Notes under the pieces: model-generated
Told to the model about the DNA's origin: nothing
Databases searched by the model: none
What the model saw: the letters and a program-made list of their open reading frames with translations, nothing else
Shown here: in pieces, positions 40,306-54,112 of the stretch
Numbering within the stretch: the first letter of the stretch is position 1
Layout: each line of letters opens with the position of its first letter
Source of the DNA: Octopus vulgaris
Lineage: Eukaryota
DNA: 64,000 nt
Assembly (NCBI GenBank): GCA_951406725.2
Contig: OX597821.1
Coordinates: 83,824,001 to 83,888,000 of the forward strand
Direction: 5' to 3'
Made by a program: the position numbers and the translations under genes

Positions 40306-41609
40306 TATATATATATATAATGTATGTATATACGCAATGTGCCCCGGGTGCGATCCCTACATGGCACCTAGGGCAAATGGCAGCTATCCAATCTTTGTCG
40401 GTGTAATTGGGTTGACAGAGATAGAACCTGTGTGCAAAGCCGCAGGTTAGATCCCACTTTTTAAGGATTCACTCTTGTTACACTGTTTGACTTTGATTGT
40501 ACATTAGAAAACCGTTAAGAGTGCACGTGGTTTCGGAGTACTCAGCCGCTTATATGCAAATCCAGTGAGTTTAGAACTTCTTCAGGTGATTAAATAAATA
40601 ACTGAACACGCCAAGACTAATAGAGATCATACATACATACATACATACATACACACATACATACATACAAGCATACATACATACATACACATACATACAT
40701 ACACACATACAGACACATACATACATACATGCATACATACACACATACATACATACATACATACGTACACACATACATACATACATACACACATACACAC
40801 ACATACATACATACATGCATACATACATACATACATACATACATACATACATACACACATACATACATACATACATACATACATACATACATACATACAC
40901 ACATACATACACACATACACACATACATACATACATACATACATACACACACACACATATATATATACATGCATGCATACATACATACATACATACATAC
41001 ATATTTATATATATACGTGTACATCTATAAATACACACACATAAACACATAGAGTCATGCTTGTACGTATGCATGCATGTATGTATGTATTATGTATGTA
41101 TATATATAATATATATATATACATATACATATATACATATATATAAATATATATACACACACTCACACTCATATATACACACAGACGCACACACATATGT
41201 GCATACAGATATTTATATATACCTACAAATATGTGTGTGTGTGTGTGTTTGTATACATATATGAATATATATATGTATATACACATGTATGCATATACCT
41301 ACATATGTATGTGGAAATATATACCCATTACAAACGCGCGCACGCGCATCCATATACACAGATAGATGCTACTTCTTATGTGAGATGCTTCTAAAGCCCT
41401 CCCCCCCACCTCGTCACTCGTTTCCTTGTTATTTCCGCCACACTTCTTTGCACACCCACCCCTCCCTCGTTTCTTCTCTCTCTCTCTCTCTCTTTCTCTC
41501 TCCCTTTGCTTTCTTTTCTCTTCTTCCTTCCCCGCCTTCGTTTGTCTGACTGACTGTCAGTCTGTCCGGTTCCCTCAAGGAATAGCTTACCCTAACCTTC
41601 TTGCTACTT

Positions 41610-44600
41610 GAAACCACTACCACCACCACTACCACCACGACCACCATCATCGTCACCACCATCAGCCCCCACCACCACTACCACTACCACTACCATCACC
41701 ACCATCGCCGACACCACCACTACCACCACCACCACCACCACCGCCACCGCCTCCGCCTCCGCCATCATCACTACCGTCACCATCACCACTCACACCAATA
41801 CTACCACCACCACCACCATCACCACCATCACTACTACCACCTTCACCACCACCACCAGAACCTCCATTATCGTTATCATTATCATCGGCATCATCACGAT
41901 TGCCATCACAAGTACCCATACCATTTTAATCTCAACCATCACCACCATTTTCACTATCACTACCACCACAACCATAGCACACACTTCACACCCGCAAAAA
42001 GCAACACTGCTACCACACTACCACCACCATCACACCCCATCAGCCCCGCCACCATCACTACCACCACCACCATCATCATCATCACCACCACCATCATTAT
42101 CGCCGCCGCTGTCACCATCACAAGTACCACCTCCTTCCACCACCACCACCACTATCACCAATACTGCCACATCCCTTACCATTCCACCACTTCCATCACA
42201 CCATCACCCCACCCCCACCACCACTACTACTTCTACTGCAGTGACCTCTTCACCCCCTCCCCTACAAGATTAGATCCTAGATATGTATCTTAAATAAACG
42301 GGATGGTCATAGTCGGAATGCTTTTAATCATAGAACTGTTCAATCGGAGCTGACCTTGGATAAACAATAACCGCCACCAGCGCTACCACCACCACCACCA
42401 CCACCACCACCACCATTGATCTTTATCTTATCACTGTACTACAACGGTAACCACTAGCACCCACCCTCTATTAATACAACCACCATGTCTTTCCACTACC
42501 ACTACCACTACTACTGGCACCTATACAACATCGTCTATTACTACCACCGACACTACGACAACCACCACCAATACTACCGCCACCGCTACCAGTAGTACCA
42601 CCACCACTACTTTCACTATTATCATCACTACTTTTACTACCACCACTACCAACACCACAACATTCGCCACTGCCTCCACCACCATATCACTACAATCAGC
42701 GCCACGACCACCATCACTACAGCTATCACTACTACCACCACAACCATCACCACTAGCACCTCCACTACTACCACACTCACCGCCATCCCCACCACCACTA
42801 CTACGCCTGAAACCACTACTCTATAACTACATGTGCGCATCCACCACCACCAACACCACCACTACCATAACCACTCACCCCCACCATCACCACCTCCACC
42901 ACCACCCCACCACTATCGCTACCACTACCACTACCACCACTATAAGCACCACCACCAACAACAACACCACCACTACCACTCAATCCACCACCACCACCTC
43001 CACCACCACCCCACCACTAACGCTACCACTACCACCACCACCACTATAACCACCACCACCACCAACAACACCACCACTACCACTCAATCCACCACCACCA
43101 CCTCCTCCACCACCCCACCACTATCCCTACCACTACCACCACCACCACCACCACCACCACTAATAATAAAACAGAGAAAGACAGAGATACAAACAGACAG
43201 TGAAGGAGAGGGAGAGAGAGAGAGATGGGGTGGGTAGAGAGCAGGAAGGGAAAACAAGGGCTCCGTTGCTGCTTTAATTACTCCCCTTCATCTGATATGA
43301 ATACAGGGGGGAGGAGGGGGAGTGGATCAGATGAAATAAGAAGAAGAAGAATGAAACAAAAAGAAATCCATGTAAAAGTGGTAGGGTTGGGTTGGCGGGT
43401 TGTTGGTTTAGAATCGTGGGAGTGTGTGCGCCTGTGTATGTGCGTATACATGAATATATGTGTGTGTGTGTGAGTGTGTGTATGCGTGTGTGGATGAGGT
43501 GAGGGGGGGTAAGTGATGGAGGTGGTGAGGACAGGGGTGGGTGGGGGTTGCATGGAATTAGTAGTTTTAACTGATCCCCCTTTTTAGTTGGAAAACACCC
43601 CCCCGTCCCCTCTGCGAATTACCACCAGCACTACAACCACAACTAACACCACCGCTATCACTATCACTACCACTACCAATACTATTACCACCGCTACCGC
43701 CACTACTACAACTACTACTACTACTACCTACTCCTGTCTCCACCCCGAACCCATAACCCCACCATTAATACTACCATTTCCACTTTTACCAATACTACCA
43801 CCACCACTACCATCACCTCTACCGATACTACTATTAACACTATTACCGCAACTACTACCACCACCACCACCACCACTACCATCACCGATACTACTATTAA
43901 CACTATTACCGCAACTACCACCACCACCACCACTACCATCACCGATACTACTATTAACACTATTACCGCAACTACCACCACCACCACACTACCATCACCG
44001 ATACTACTATTAACACTATTACCGCAACTACCACCACCACCACCACTACCATCATCGATACTACTATTAACACTCTTACCGCAACTACCACTACCACCAC
44101 CACCACCACAACTACCATCTCCACCACTACTACCACAGTTCACCACCACCACCACCAACACCGCCACCTCCATCGTTATTCCTCCTGTCACCAACAATAC
44201 CAATGACATGCAAGATATTTTTAACCACCACTCAAATACCAACACCAACACAACCACCACTCCCACCACCACTGCCACCGCCACAACAACAATTAAAGCC
44301 ACCAGTCCGTTCATCGTCACAATAAACGCTACCACCGTTCGACCACCTCACCATTCCGATCAGAAGCACAGACAACGATGCTGCCCCGGTGACCGTTTCC
44401 ACAGACATCGCCGTTGCCATCAACAACATCAACAGCAACACCACGTTCACCGTCAGCATGATACCACCACGCCCACCACTCTGCCAACACCAAAGTTATA
44501 ACCGCCACCGCCACCACCACTACTACTACCATTGCCACTAACAGAACCGCTATCGTCAATATCACCATCATCACCATCGCAATCACCTCCACTGCCGTCA

Positions 44601-44860
44601 CCAACATCGATGTCACCACCACCACCACCACCACCACCATCACCACCACCACCACCACCACTATCAGCATTACTATCACCTTCGCCGCCATCGCCATCGC
44701 CATCGTCGTCATCAGCAACCATTGCCCTCAGTACCATCTCCATCACCACTACCATCATCACCAGCATCATCATCACCATCGCAACTACCACCACGACAAA
44801 CATCGTCACCACCACCACCACCACCACCACCACCACCACCGGCCCCAGCATCACCACAAC
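41610..44860. repeat. Degenerate (ACC/ACT/ATC)n trinucleotide domain with internal ~55-bp higher-order repeats
   Basis: CCATCACCGATACTACTATTAACACTATTACCGCAACTA repeated five times at 43810-44090. Confidence 0.9.
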
Positions 44861-45177
44861 CCAGCATATTTCATGTTTTTGTTTCTCTTTGCTTTAAACA
44901 CGTTCACTTAATTTCAATTAATTACTGTTTCTCAGGAGAGGCATGAAGGCCTCAGAGCTATCATGGGGAAAGCGAGTATTTGGAGTGAGGTGGGGGGTGG
45001 GGCAGTGTTAGAAGGAGGGATGACCTGGTAAGTTCATGCCTTTCCCATGGGATTTAGTGAACTGAGTGAAAACAGAGTCGGAACCAGGTCGTGAATTCAA
45101 ATTGCCGCAAAGCTAACGCCGCCGCATCATCCTTCAGATACAACTGATGTTGCTGTTGTTGTTTTTGGTGGTGGTGG

Positions 45178-45239
<62 letters not shown>

Positions 45240-45788
45240 GTGCTGCTGCTGGTGAAGCTGGTTTAGCTTGAGGTCAGCTCTGCTCTGGCAGATCTTTGAT
45301 CAAAAGCGTTCCGCCATGCTCATCCTGTAATTTTTTTTTGTTTTGTTCTTTCAAAGAAATCTTGGATGAAAAAATGTCTTCCTTTGTTTATATTTTAAAG
45401 CAATTTGAGGGCGATTTGGCTGTTATTTCCACCACATATTGTTTTTATCACGATATAAACTTGGCAGAAGTACTCGAGCTCAACACTGTATCTTGATCAG
45501 TTTTAGAATTCTGACGTTTCAGCGAAGGCACGTGACCTCGTGCTTACGGTGATGCAATTACGATCGGAAGATCGTGGTTTCGTTTTGCAGATGGGGCGTT
45601 TTTTTAATTTTTTTTTTTAGCAAAACACTTCATTTCACGTCGCTCCGGTCAACTCAGCGGTAAATAAGTAGCCCTGCAACGGACTGGTGCCTTCGTCAGA
45701 GCAATGTGATCTCGGACATTTATATGCCATGGAAACTGAACAACCGGCACTATGAGAGCTAGGATGGTTCCATAAAAATTGAAAGATA

Positions 45789-46728
45789 TGTAGCGGACAC
45801 TTGAGGGAAATTCCTCTCCTCTCTGTTATATACACATAAATACGGACGTAGTAGATAACAGCTAGTCTTTGGCTGATTTTGGACCCTGTTATGTCCACTA
45901 CTCTGATTGGTTGGTATTGGCGAAATTTGTCTCTTGTTCTGTCACGCGCTACTACGCAATTCAACTAGTCCCAGCCTTTAGTTTGAGCCGACTGCTCCCT
46001 ATAAAAACTCCAGCTTCACATCATCTCGATTGTCTTTGGTCCCAGGCCTTTTAAGGTCTAGCCACCGGCCACACAGGACACACCCAGTTCCAGTGACAAC
46101 ACAACAGCAGCCACATGGAAACTCATCAACTTCGTCCAACAGCATTCAACGACTTCCATCTCCGTCGCCACCATTCGTCCTAACGCCAACATCATTTCTC
46201 AACGTACACAGCAACAAGCAACACTCGTACAGGTTCTAACACAACACTGTTCGTGAATTACTTCACCATGGTTAACAACAAAATACAACCTGCGAGAACT
46301 CCTGTACTAAGTGACCCAGGCAGCAGTATCACAGCCACAACCTAACGTACGTACATGTACTACAACCGGCTCTGCATCATCGCCGCAACTTCTTGATACA
46401 GCATTTTAACTATTGTGTACAATTGACTACGAACTGGTATTTCTCATTCTTGCGTCTGAACATTCTTCTAACTTCTCATTATAGACTCTTTCAATGCTCT
46501 GTACTTAACGCACGCGCATACATTCATGCCTATGTACACACATACATTTTGTTCTTATGACGGCCTGTCTATTATTCTGTATACATGACGCACACACAGT
46601 CACACATGTTAACATATCAATAAAGTTTCTCTTAAACCTTCTACCCGGTTGTGTCTCTCTTCTCCCTCTGGCTCATATACGCATTTATCCTTTTTATATT
46701 TATTGTATCGACCGTGTGAAGTACTACA
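45789..46728 (+). mobile_element. Probable solo LTR
   Basis: TGTAG...CTACA ends; ATTGG box at about 45906, TATAAAAA at about 46000, AATAAA at about 46619; no matching TSD seen. Confidence 0.5.
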
Positions 46729-47985
46729 GGAGCCATTCTCGTCAGTTCTCTTCGCACGGTCGTTACAGATAGATGGTGTACTTATAAGGACAGCTTCACT
46801 AGGAGTTATAGTCAATTTTTTTAACAGTCAAAACTTATAGCGTTAACCAAGGCGAAGTGTTGGGAGATGAAAGACCACTCGTACGTGACAAAGTAAGAAC
46901 CGGTTCGCCTGGCTTCCACGGAAACTGCACCAGTGATTTGTAGTAAGAGATGGAGAACCTCCACAAGATGAAGGCGATGGCTGTTTAAAATTGTATTCAA
47001 GTATCATTGTCATATTTGAAGTGAAAACAATAAAACGGTATTCGGGTGGATCAAAGGGCTTGCTGTTCTGCAGCAAGGGAACTTTATCTTTCGAGAAAGA
47101 CGAGAAACGCAGAAGTGTAGCAAGACGGGGATGAGACGAGAGTAGAGGCATGAAGGAGCGAAAAGTAAAGTGGTTGCTTGCCATGCCTGTTAATTATAGT
47201 GAGGTCGTCAAAACCGTTTTTACTCCCAGGTGCTATGAACCCTTGCTACGCGAATGAAGAAAAAGTGTTTGGTGAAAATAGTAGCCGACTGTGGCGTACA
47301 GTGTGGAGAAAAAGTAAGGACTTGTAACCGCATCGCACTGTCAGTTGAACCAGAAACTAACAACATCAGTTGTTATAGAAATTTCGTCAATCACCAAAAT
47401 AATAATGATCCTTAGCTTAGACAACAGGTCAATAATTTATAAGACTGAGATTATATGGCGTTCATGCCCTTTCCAATGTTACAGGTGATGTAACTAAAGT
47501 GGAAATATGACGACAACAAAGAGGGAAAAAACTTAGTCGAGAATTTAACTCTGCTAGGCTTTACCTACGTACTCCAATAAACAAGGACGAACCATGGTCG
47601 AAGTTCGCATCGCAATCCTGAAGTCACGGGCACTGTTCTTCTGCGTAAGAGCTTGGACAAGTGTTTCAGTCTCGGGTCGACCCAAGCCTTCAGCTTTCTC
47701 ACGCTGATTCCACTTGAAAGGTACGTGAAGGGTACGCATGTTTGTTGAATGTTCAACCACTTACGTTTATCGTCGAAGCGACGGGGGTTCATATGCTCCA
47801 ATACTCGCCACCACCCACCTATACGGGCTGCTGTTACTGCTGCTGAAGCTGATAATGTTGATGCGTGATGCGATTTCAAACGTTGACTCAAGTAGGCAAT
47901 TTGTAGGGAATAAGATGTTGCCAACATGCAATGAATGTAAGGTAAACAACAACAATATAGTCGAACAGTTTGCGACATTTGAACA

Positions 47986-48379
47986 TCTTTATATATAAAA
48001 GAGAAGTTGTGTGCTGTCTGTCTCCTACGATTTAGATTCCTAACTACTCCCACATTTTGCGGTGCAGTTTAACCAAAACCGGGTATCTTATAGTCGTGAT
48101 TCATATCGAGCCCTTCTGGGTATTAGCGCGCGTCTACGATGAGTCTACGATTTAAAAAAAAAATTACCCTCATTTTTTCCCATTTTAATGCATTTTTGGC
48201 ATATATAAGGGAAGTAACTCTCTAAAAATTTATTATTAAATCTCAGAACGTAAAAAGCTACAGTAACCCCCCCCTTTGTGGTTAGCCTTATTGAGATGGC
48301 TATTATACTTTACATCTCTAAAAATGCTTATATAGTTATTTCCCTTACAAACCCGAGCAACGCCGGGCGATACTGCTAG
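47986..48379 (+). mobile_element. Non-autonomous Helitron
   Basis: A|TCTTTATATATAAAAG ... CCCGAGCAACGCCGGG-CGATACTGCTAG|T. Confidence 0.85.
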
Positions 48380-48901
48380 TTAAAATATAAAAACAACGAC
48401 AACAACAATAATAGCAACAACATTCCGACGTTAACAAGATGTTGAATGCAAAAATGAAAATACTATTTATAATAACTGGATCACAAAATACGATAATGAA
48501 GATAATAGTTAATAAAAAACAAACACAGACAAACGATAACAATTGTCACAACTACGCGATCCAGTAAATGACCCTGATAAGTGCGGCTCACATCCTACGC
48601 TTTCAGTACAATAGCATAACTTACAGTGTGTTGTGAACCGAAAAATTTTGAAAACTGCTTTTCTACGGCCACCAGTCAATAATGTAATACAAAAAGGCCG
48701 CAAGTTGGCAGAATCGTTAGCATGCCGCGCAAAATGCTTAGCAGCATTTCGTCCGTCTTTATGTTCTGAATTCAAATTCCGACAATTCACTACACAACAA
48801 ATTAACACGATAGGCACGCTTACCAAAATGACATCCCAAACTATTATATTAATACAGTTCTATATTTAAGAGATGAGGAATTATGTACATTATTTACATT
48901 C

Positions 48902-48947
48902 AACACAACGTTTCGGTTGATATACGCTCCAGCCTTCTTCAGGTGTC
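48902..48947 (-). ncRNA. Minimal hammerhead motif
   Basis: gacac-CTGAAGA-A-GGCTG..CAACC-GAA-ACGT-T-gtgtt. Confidence 0.72.
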
Positions 48948-49226
48948 TTGGGTTCTCATGCCTAAGGTAATTTTCGAATATTATTATTGAGGTCACTGCT
49001 TGGAATCGAACTCGGAATCTTGGAGTTAGTAGCCCGTGCTTTTAACCACTACGCCATATGCCCGTGGGCAATTACGGAGTGAATATTTTTCTATCCTTCC
49101 TTAATACCGGTTCCCATATGCTGCTCATATCTGCTTCGATTCCAAGCAGTGACTTGAGCAATAATAATAACAATAATACTCGAAAAGTACCTTAGAAATG
49201 AGAGCCCAGGTTTGAAAGGTCCCCAA

Positions 49227-49272
49227 GACACCTGAAGAAGGCTGGAGGGTATATCAGCCGAAACGTTGGGTT
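49227..49272 (+). ncRNA. Minimal hammerhead motif
   Basis: gacac-CTGAAGA-A-GGCTG-gagggtatat-CAGCC-GAA-ACGT-T-gggtt. Confidence 0.72.
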
Positions 49273-49475
49273 AACAACAAACAAGAAGAGGACAAATATC
49301 CGTCGAATGTATATAATGTAAATATTGCATTATATTACGGAGATGTACCCGCATAGCAAGTAATTTGATCTGAGATCGTGTGCTGAAACGAAAACAATTG
49401 CAGCGTGGAAGGTGTTTATAAGCCATTTAAGAAACACACAAAAGCCGTTCGATTCACTTCAACATTTAAGTTTAA

Positions 49476-49525
49476 TTTGTCAAAATATTTTCGTCGCTAA
49501 AATCCGCGACCTGTTCACTGACAAA
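49476..49525 (-). ncRNA. Minimal hammerhead motif, G3-C8 variant
   Basis: tttgtca-GTGAACA-G-GTCGC-ggatttta-GCGAC-GAA-AATATT-T-tgacaaa. Confidence 0.72.
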
Positions 49526-49552
49526 GTCCGTGCTAGAGATGCAGCACGGATT

Positions 49553-49602
49553 TTTGTCAGTGAACAGGTCGCGGATTTTAGGGACGAAAATATTTTGACA
49601 AA
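49553..49602 (+). ncRNA. Minimal hammerhead motif, G3-C8 variant
   Basis: As the minus copy, with one stem II mismatch (GGGAC). Confidence 0.68.
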
Positions 49603-50020
49603 TTAAACTTAAATGTTGAAGTGAATCGAATGGCTTTTGTGTGTTTCTTAAATGGCTTATAAACACCTTCCACGCTGCAATTGCATTATATTAATAAATC
49701 TCAAACACTAATAAAGACTGACACAACTTGTAATCTACCCAAATGCCGCCCAGTGATATACCGCGACCATTACAATACATATTTTACACAATAACCGTTC
49801 TACGTGAAATCATATTACACACACACACACACACACACTACACATTACATATTTTATACGATCACCACCCTATATTTAAAACACACACAAAACATACACA
49901 AAACATAATTCCCACGACTCAAATCCGGGGCATCAGAAACTCACATATAATTGTTGAAAACATGAAGATGATGATGATGGCAATGATTGTCTGGTAGTGT
50001 CTTAACAGTGGTGGTGGTTG

Positions 50021-50066
<46 letters not shown>

Positions 50067-50251
50067 TGCGATAATTTGTTCGTTTGTTAGCCACAAGGGC
50101 TCACGCTAACAACAAATGTTAAAACGTGGTGTGTTACAAAACATGTAGCGTTAGACAAAACAAAGTCACATGAAAAGACGCCATTTATGCAAATGAACAT
50201 GCAAAAAGTACTGATAAGAATAATTGAATAAATGTAAAAACCATACAGAAC

Positions 50252-50411
50252 GTAGGAGTGGCTGTGTGGTAAGTAGCTTGCTTACCAGTCACATGGTTCC
50301 GGGTTCAGTCCCACTGCGTGGCACCTTGGGCAGGTGTCTTCTACTATAGCCTTGGGCCGACCAAAGCCTTGTGAGTGGATTTGGTAGACGGAAACTGAAA
50401 GAAGCCCATCG

Positions 50412-50481
<70 letters not shown>

Positions 50482-50690
50482 GTGTGTCTGTATTTGTCCC
50501 CCAACATCGCTTGACAACCGATGCTGGTGTGTTTACATCTCCGTAACTTAGCAGTTCGGCAAAAGAAACCGATAGAATAAGTACTAGGCTTACAAAGAAG
50601 AAGTCCTGGGGTCGATTTGCTCGACTAAAGGCGGTGCTCCAGCATGGCCACAGTCACATGACTGAAACAAGTAAAAGAGTAAAAGAGTAA
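50252..50690 (+). mobile_element. SINE family A, full length
   Basis: Matches the other copies. Confidence 0.88.
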
Positions 50691-50704
50691 ATGAGAACAA
50701 AGAT

Positions 50705-50917
50705 ATAGGAGGAATGGTGCTGAGAATTTCTTGACTTTAAGGGGATCGCAAAAGGCCTGGCTGGAGGCCCAAACTTCCTTGTACCTTTACAGGACAGAAA
50801 AACTGAAGGATTGGTGCAATAAGTGTGTGAATCTGAGAGGATAATAGGTTGAATAAAATCATAATTAATTGATCTTCCTGTATTTTCTTTTATCAAAGCC
50901 AGGAACTTTTCGGCACA
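50705..50917. mobile_element. Mariner-type MITE (second copy)
   Basis: Inverted homologue of 6961-7175. Confidence 0.7.
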
Positions 50918-53151
50918 TTAAAGTAAAATTATGGAAAACATTTAAGGTTGGTTACTCATGGATACAACGCGTGAGAACGCTCAGTCGTGTTGGGCCAAAG
51001 CGTCTACGATACTGGTCCTCTGTTACACCTCTGAAACAATGGCTGGAAGTGCTCGTGAGTATCTCCGGTGTTAAACTGGGCAACAAATCTCTGTAATGTA
51101 CAAAATTGTACGGTAGTGGTTCGTATAGACAAGTTGTAAGGTACTTTTTTTTTTAGTAGTAGTCTATCACTCGGAAACCTCCAAAATTCCGAACCCGGCA
51201 CCTCCCCAATCTAATAAATTCCTTTCTACTCTAGGCACAAGGCTCGCAATTTTGGGCGAAGAGTCAGTCGATTAGATTGACCCCAGTACGCAACTGGTAC
51301 TTAATTTATCGACTCCGAAAGGATGAAATTGCTTCTCTTTTCGACTTCCTTAAGTTCATCTGCTAGTCCTACAAACTTACTTCGTTTCTTTTGCAAAGAA
51401 CAATCATCGACGTAAAGCGAAATGGGTTTCTCTTCAAGTTTGCCTTATCTTAAGGTGCATTTTTTCTCTCTCGCTCTTTTCGCAATTTCCAATAGTCTAC
51501 CGTCCCTGCTGGCTTCTTATCAAACGCCTCAGCAAAAGATGAAAATAACCCATCACACACAAACACACACTTTTACACAATCGATACCCAATATTATAAC
51601 ACTCCCCACACGCTCCAATTACAGCCCACAGAAATCATATTCTATCTAATTGTCACTCAATACCCTAAAACAACCTACGCAGCCTCCACAACATATTCTA
51701 CCCAATTACCACCCGACGTTATATCCCATAATACACATCACACGTCACATACTTTGTACAATCACCACCCGATTACTAAAACACATAACGTCACCCGCAC
51801 CTATTATTACAAGACAATAAGATGACGCGGCTGATTGTCTGATTGTGGCCAGGAGAAGGAGTCCCTCGGCCACCTGGTCACCTCTTCTTGTTGTTTTGTT
51901 TTTATTTTAGGTTTTTCAGCTCTTCCGAGTACATGCACGCACACACGTACGTATGTAGTACATACATACAAACATACATACATACATACATACGTACATA
52001 CATATATACATACATACGTATGTACGTACATACATGCATATATACATACATACGAATGTACGTACACACACACACACCTATACACACATACATATATATA
52101 TATACATATATATACACACATACATACACACATACATACATACATACATATATACATACATAAACATACATACATACATGCATACATACATACATACATA
52201 CTTACATGCATACAAACAGACATACATACATACATACACACATACATACATACATACATAAACATACATACATACATACATACACATACATACATACATA
52301 CATACATATATACATACACGCATACATACATACACGCATACATACACGCATACATACACAATACATACATACATACATACACGCATACATACACGCATAC
52401 ATACATACATACATACATACATACATACATACATACATACATACATACATACATACATACACACATACATACATACATACATACTTACATACATACACAC
52501 ACACAAGGCGGCTGTCGACTCGTTAGACGAGTATGACAATCGCTGACAAATTAGTTTATTTTTTACTTTTGTTTATGTTTTTTCCTTCCTTTTTCAACGA
52601 CCGTTGGAAATACAATGACTTTTAAAGCCTGCAATGACTTGCAGTTTTTTTTTTTTTTTTGTAGGCTGCAAATGCAACATTCATATTCATGTGGTGCAGT
52701 CGGGTACTCGCTTTGTACTTTCATGTGCCTTGCGAGTCTAGATCCAGTAGAAAATTTTCTAATTCGAAAATCTCATATACGCATACACACACACACAAGC
52801 ACAATGCATATATATATATATATATATATATATCTGTGCACCATGCGTCTATGTGGCATGAACTCTCAAGGCTAATAACGTATTATTCGCCGTTCTAACA
52901 AAACATGTACGTTAAGCTGGATATAAAGATTGCCTTTCGATACTACACTACCCAAAAGGATGAAGAGTTAAGTCTGATGAAGTCAGCTTTAACTTTCATC
53001 CTTTTGGAATCGTTAAAATAAGGACCAGTCGAGCCCTGGGGTGGATATAATCGATTATCTTTATCCCCCAAAATTTCAGGCTTTGTGCCTATAGTAGATA
53101 TTATTGTTGTTGTTGTTGTTGTTGTCGTCGTCGTCGTCGTCGTCATCATCG

Positions 53152-53206
<55 letters not shown>

Positions 53207-53207
53207 T

Positions 53208-54003
53208 CAGTAGTTTTATTTTTATCACGTGCTTTCACTGCACTGCCGAGCGCAACTCAGAGTGCCTTACGTATGCGCTGTGGTTTGTTGTGGTGCTCTT
53301 ATTTTCACTGTATTGAAAGTGTTTTATGTAGGAATGTGTGCGGTGCCTAGTGGTGCTATGTTCTATGTGCTATATATACTTGTAAGTCCGGGAGTTCTTT
53401 TATGTATTTGTCTGAATTTTTTTTTATCATACCTAATGCGCCTACTCTAATAAGAATTGTTTTTAGGCTCCACATTCGAGTTACCTCTATTTTCAGATCT
53501 TTGTATTTTGAAAGTTTCTCTGTTTCTTTCAGAGAAACGCTGTCATCTGTTGGTATTGATACATCGATTAGAAAGCATTTTTTCTCGGTGATCTCTGACA
53601 ACTATATCCGGTCTATCTGCCTTGATTTCTTTAATCCCAGAATGGTTGCTTTTTCCTTTTCCGTGACCTTTTCTGGAGTGTGCCTATACCATCTTTTTTC
53701 TGTTGATATTCCATAGTGTTGACATAGCTTCCAGTGTATCTAGGTTCCAACTCTGTCGTGTCTGTGACTACATTCTATCTTAGCCAGGACTGGGCAGCCA
53801 GAGACAATATGATTTATTGTTTCTTCTTCATCACCACATATTCTGCAGTCACAAGTATTTCTTCTTATTATGTATTTTTGGTGATTTCTGGTGGGAAGTT
53901 GTATGGTTTGGCCTTGTGCTGCAATTAAAAATCCTTCAGTCTCTGCTTTGAGTCCGGAGCTTCTCAGCCATTGTTGAGATTTTTGCCTTGTCTATTTTCC
54001 TAT
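53208..54003 (-). pseudogene. R4/Dong-like non-LTR retrotransposon 3' fragment (CCHC knuckle + RLE)
   Basis: SQQWLRSSGLKAETEGFLIAAQ, CRICGDEEETINHIVSGC, RHD, CFLIDVSIP..KETEKLSKYKDL..EVTRMW..GALG; flanked by (TAA)n and (TGA)n. Confidence 0.88.
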
Positions 54004-54010
54004 TTAATAA

Positions 54011-54080
<70 letters not shown>

Positions 54081-54112
54081 GTACTACTATTATTATCATC
54101 ATCATCATCATT

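Larger units (their letters stand above)
48786..49325. mobile_element. tRNA-headed, hammerhead-bearing element with an inverted 5'-truncated partner
   Basis: Minus arm: tRNA-like head 48991-49063, then HHR 48902-48947. Plus arm 49135-49325 starts in the B box and carries HHR 49227-49272. Confidence 0.75.
49338..49680. mobile_element. Near-perfect palindromic element (about 140-bp arms) with TSD
   Basis: 49396-49534 versus 49543-49683; flanking direct repeat TTGCATTATATTA (49325-49337, 49681-49693). Confidence 0.9.

Noticed and set aside
48991-49063. tRNA gene
   Set aside because: A and B boxes are present but the acceptor and anticodon stems do not close properly; treated as a tRNA-derived head, like the other SINE heads.
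50920-51060. Possible plus-strand exon ending at a GTGAGT donor
   Set aside because: No clear acceptor and no recognisable peptide.
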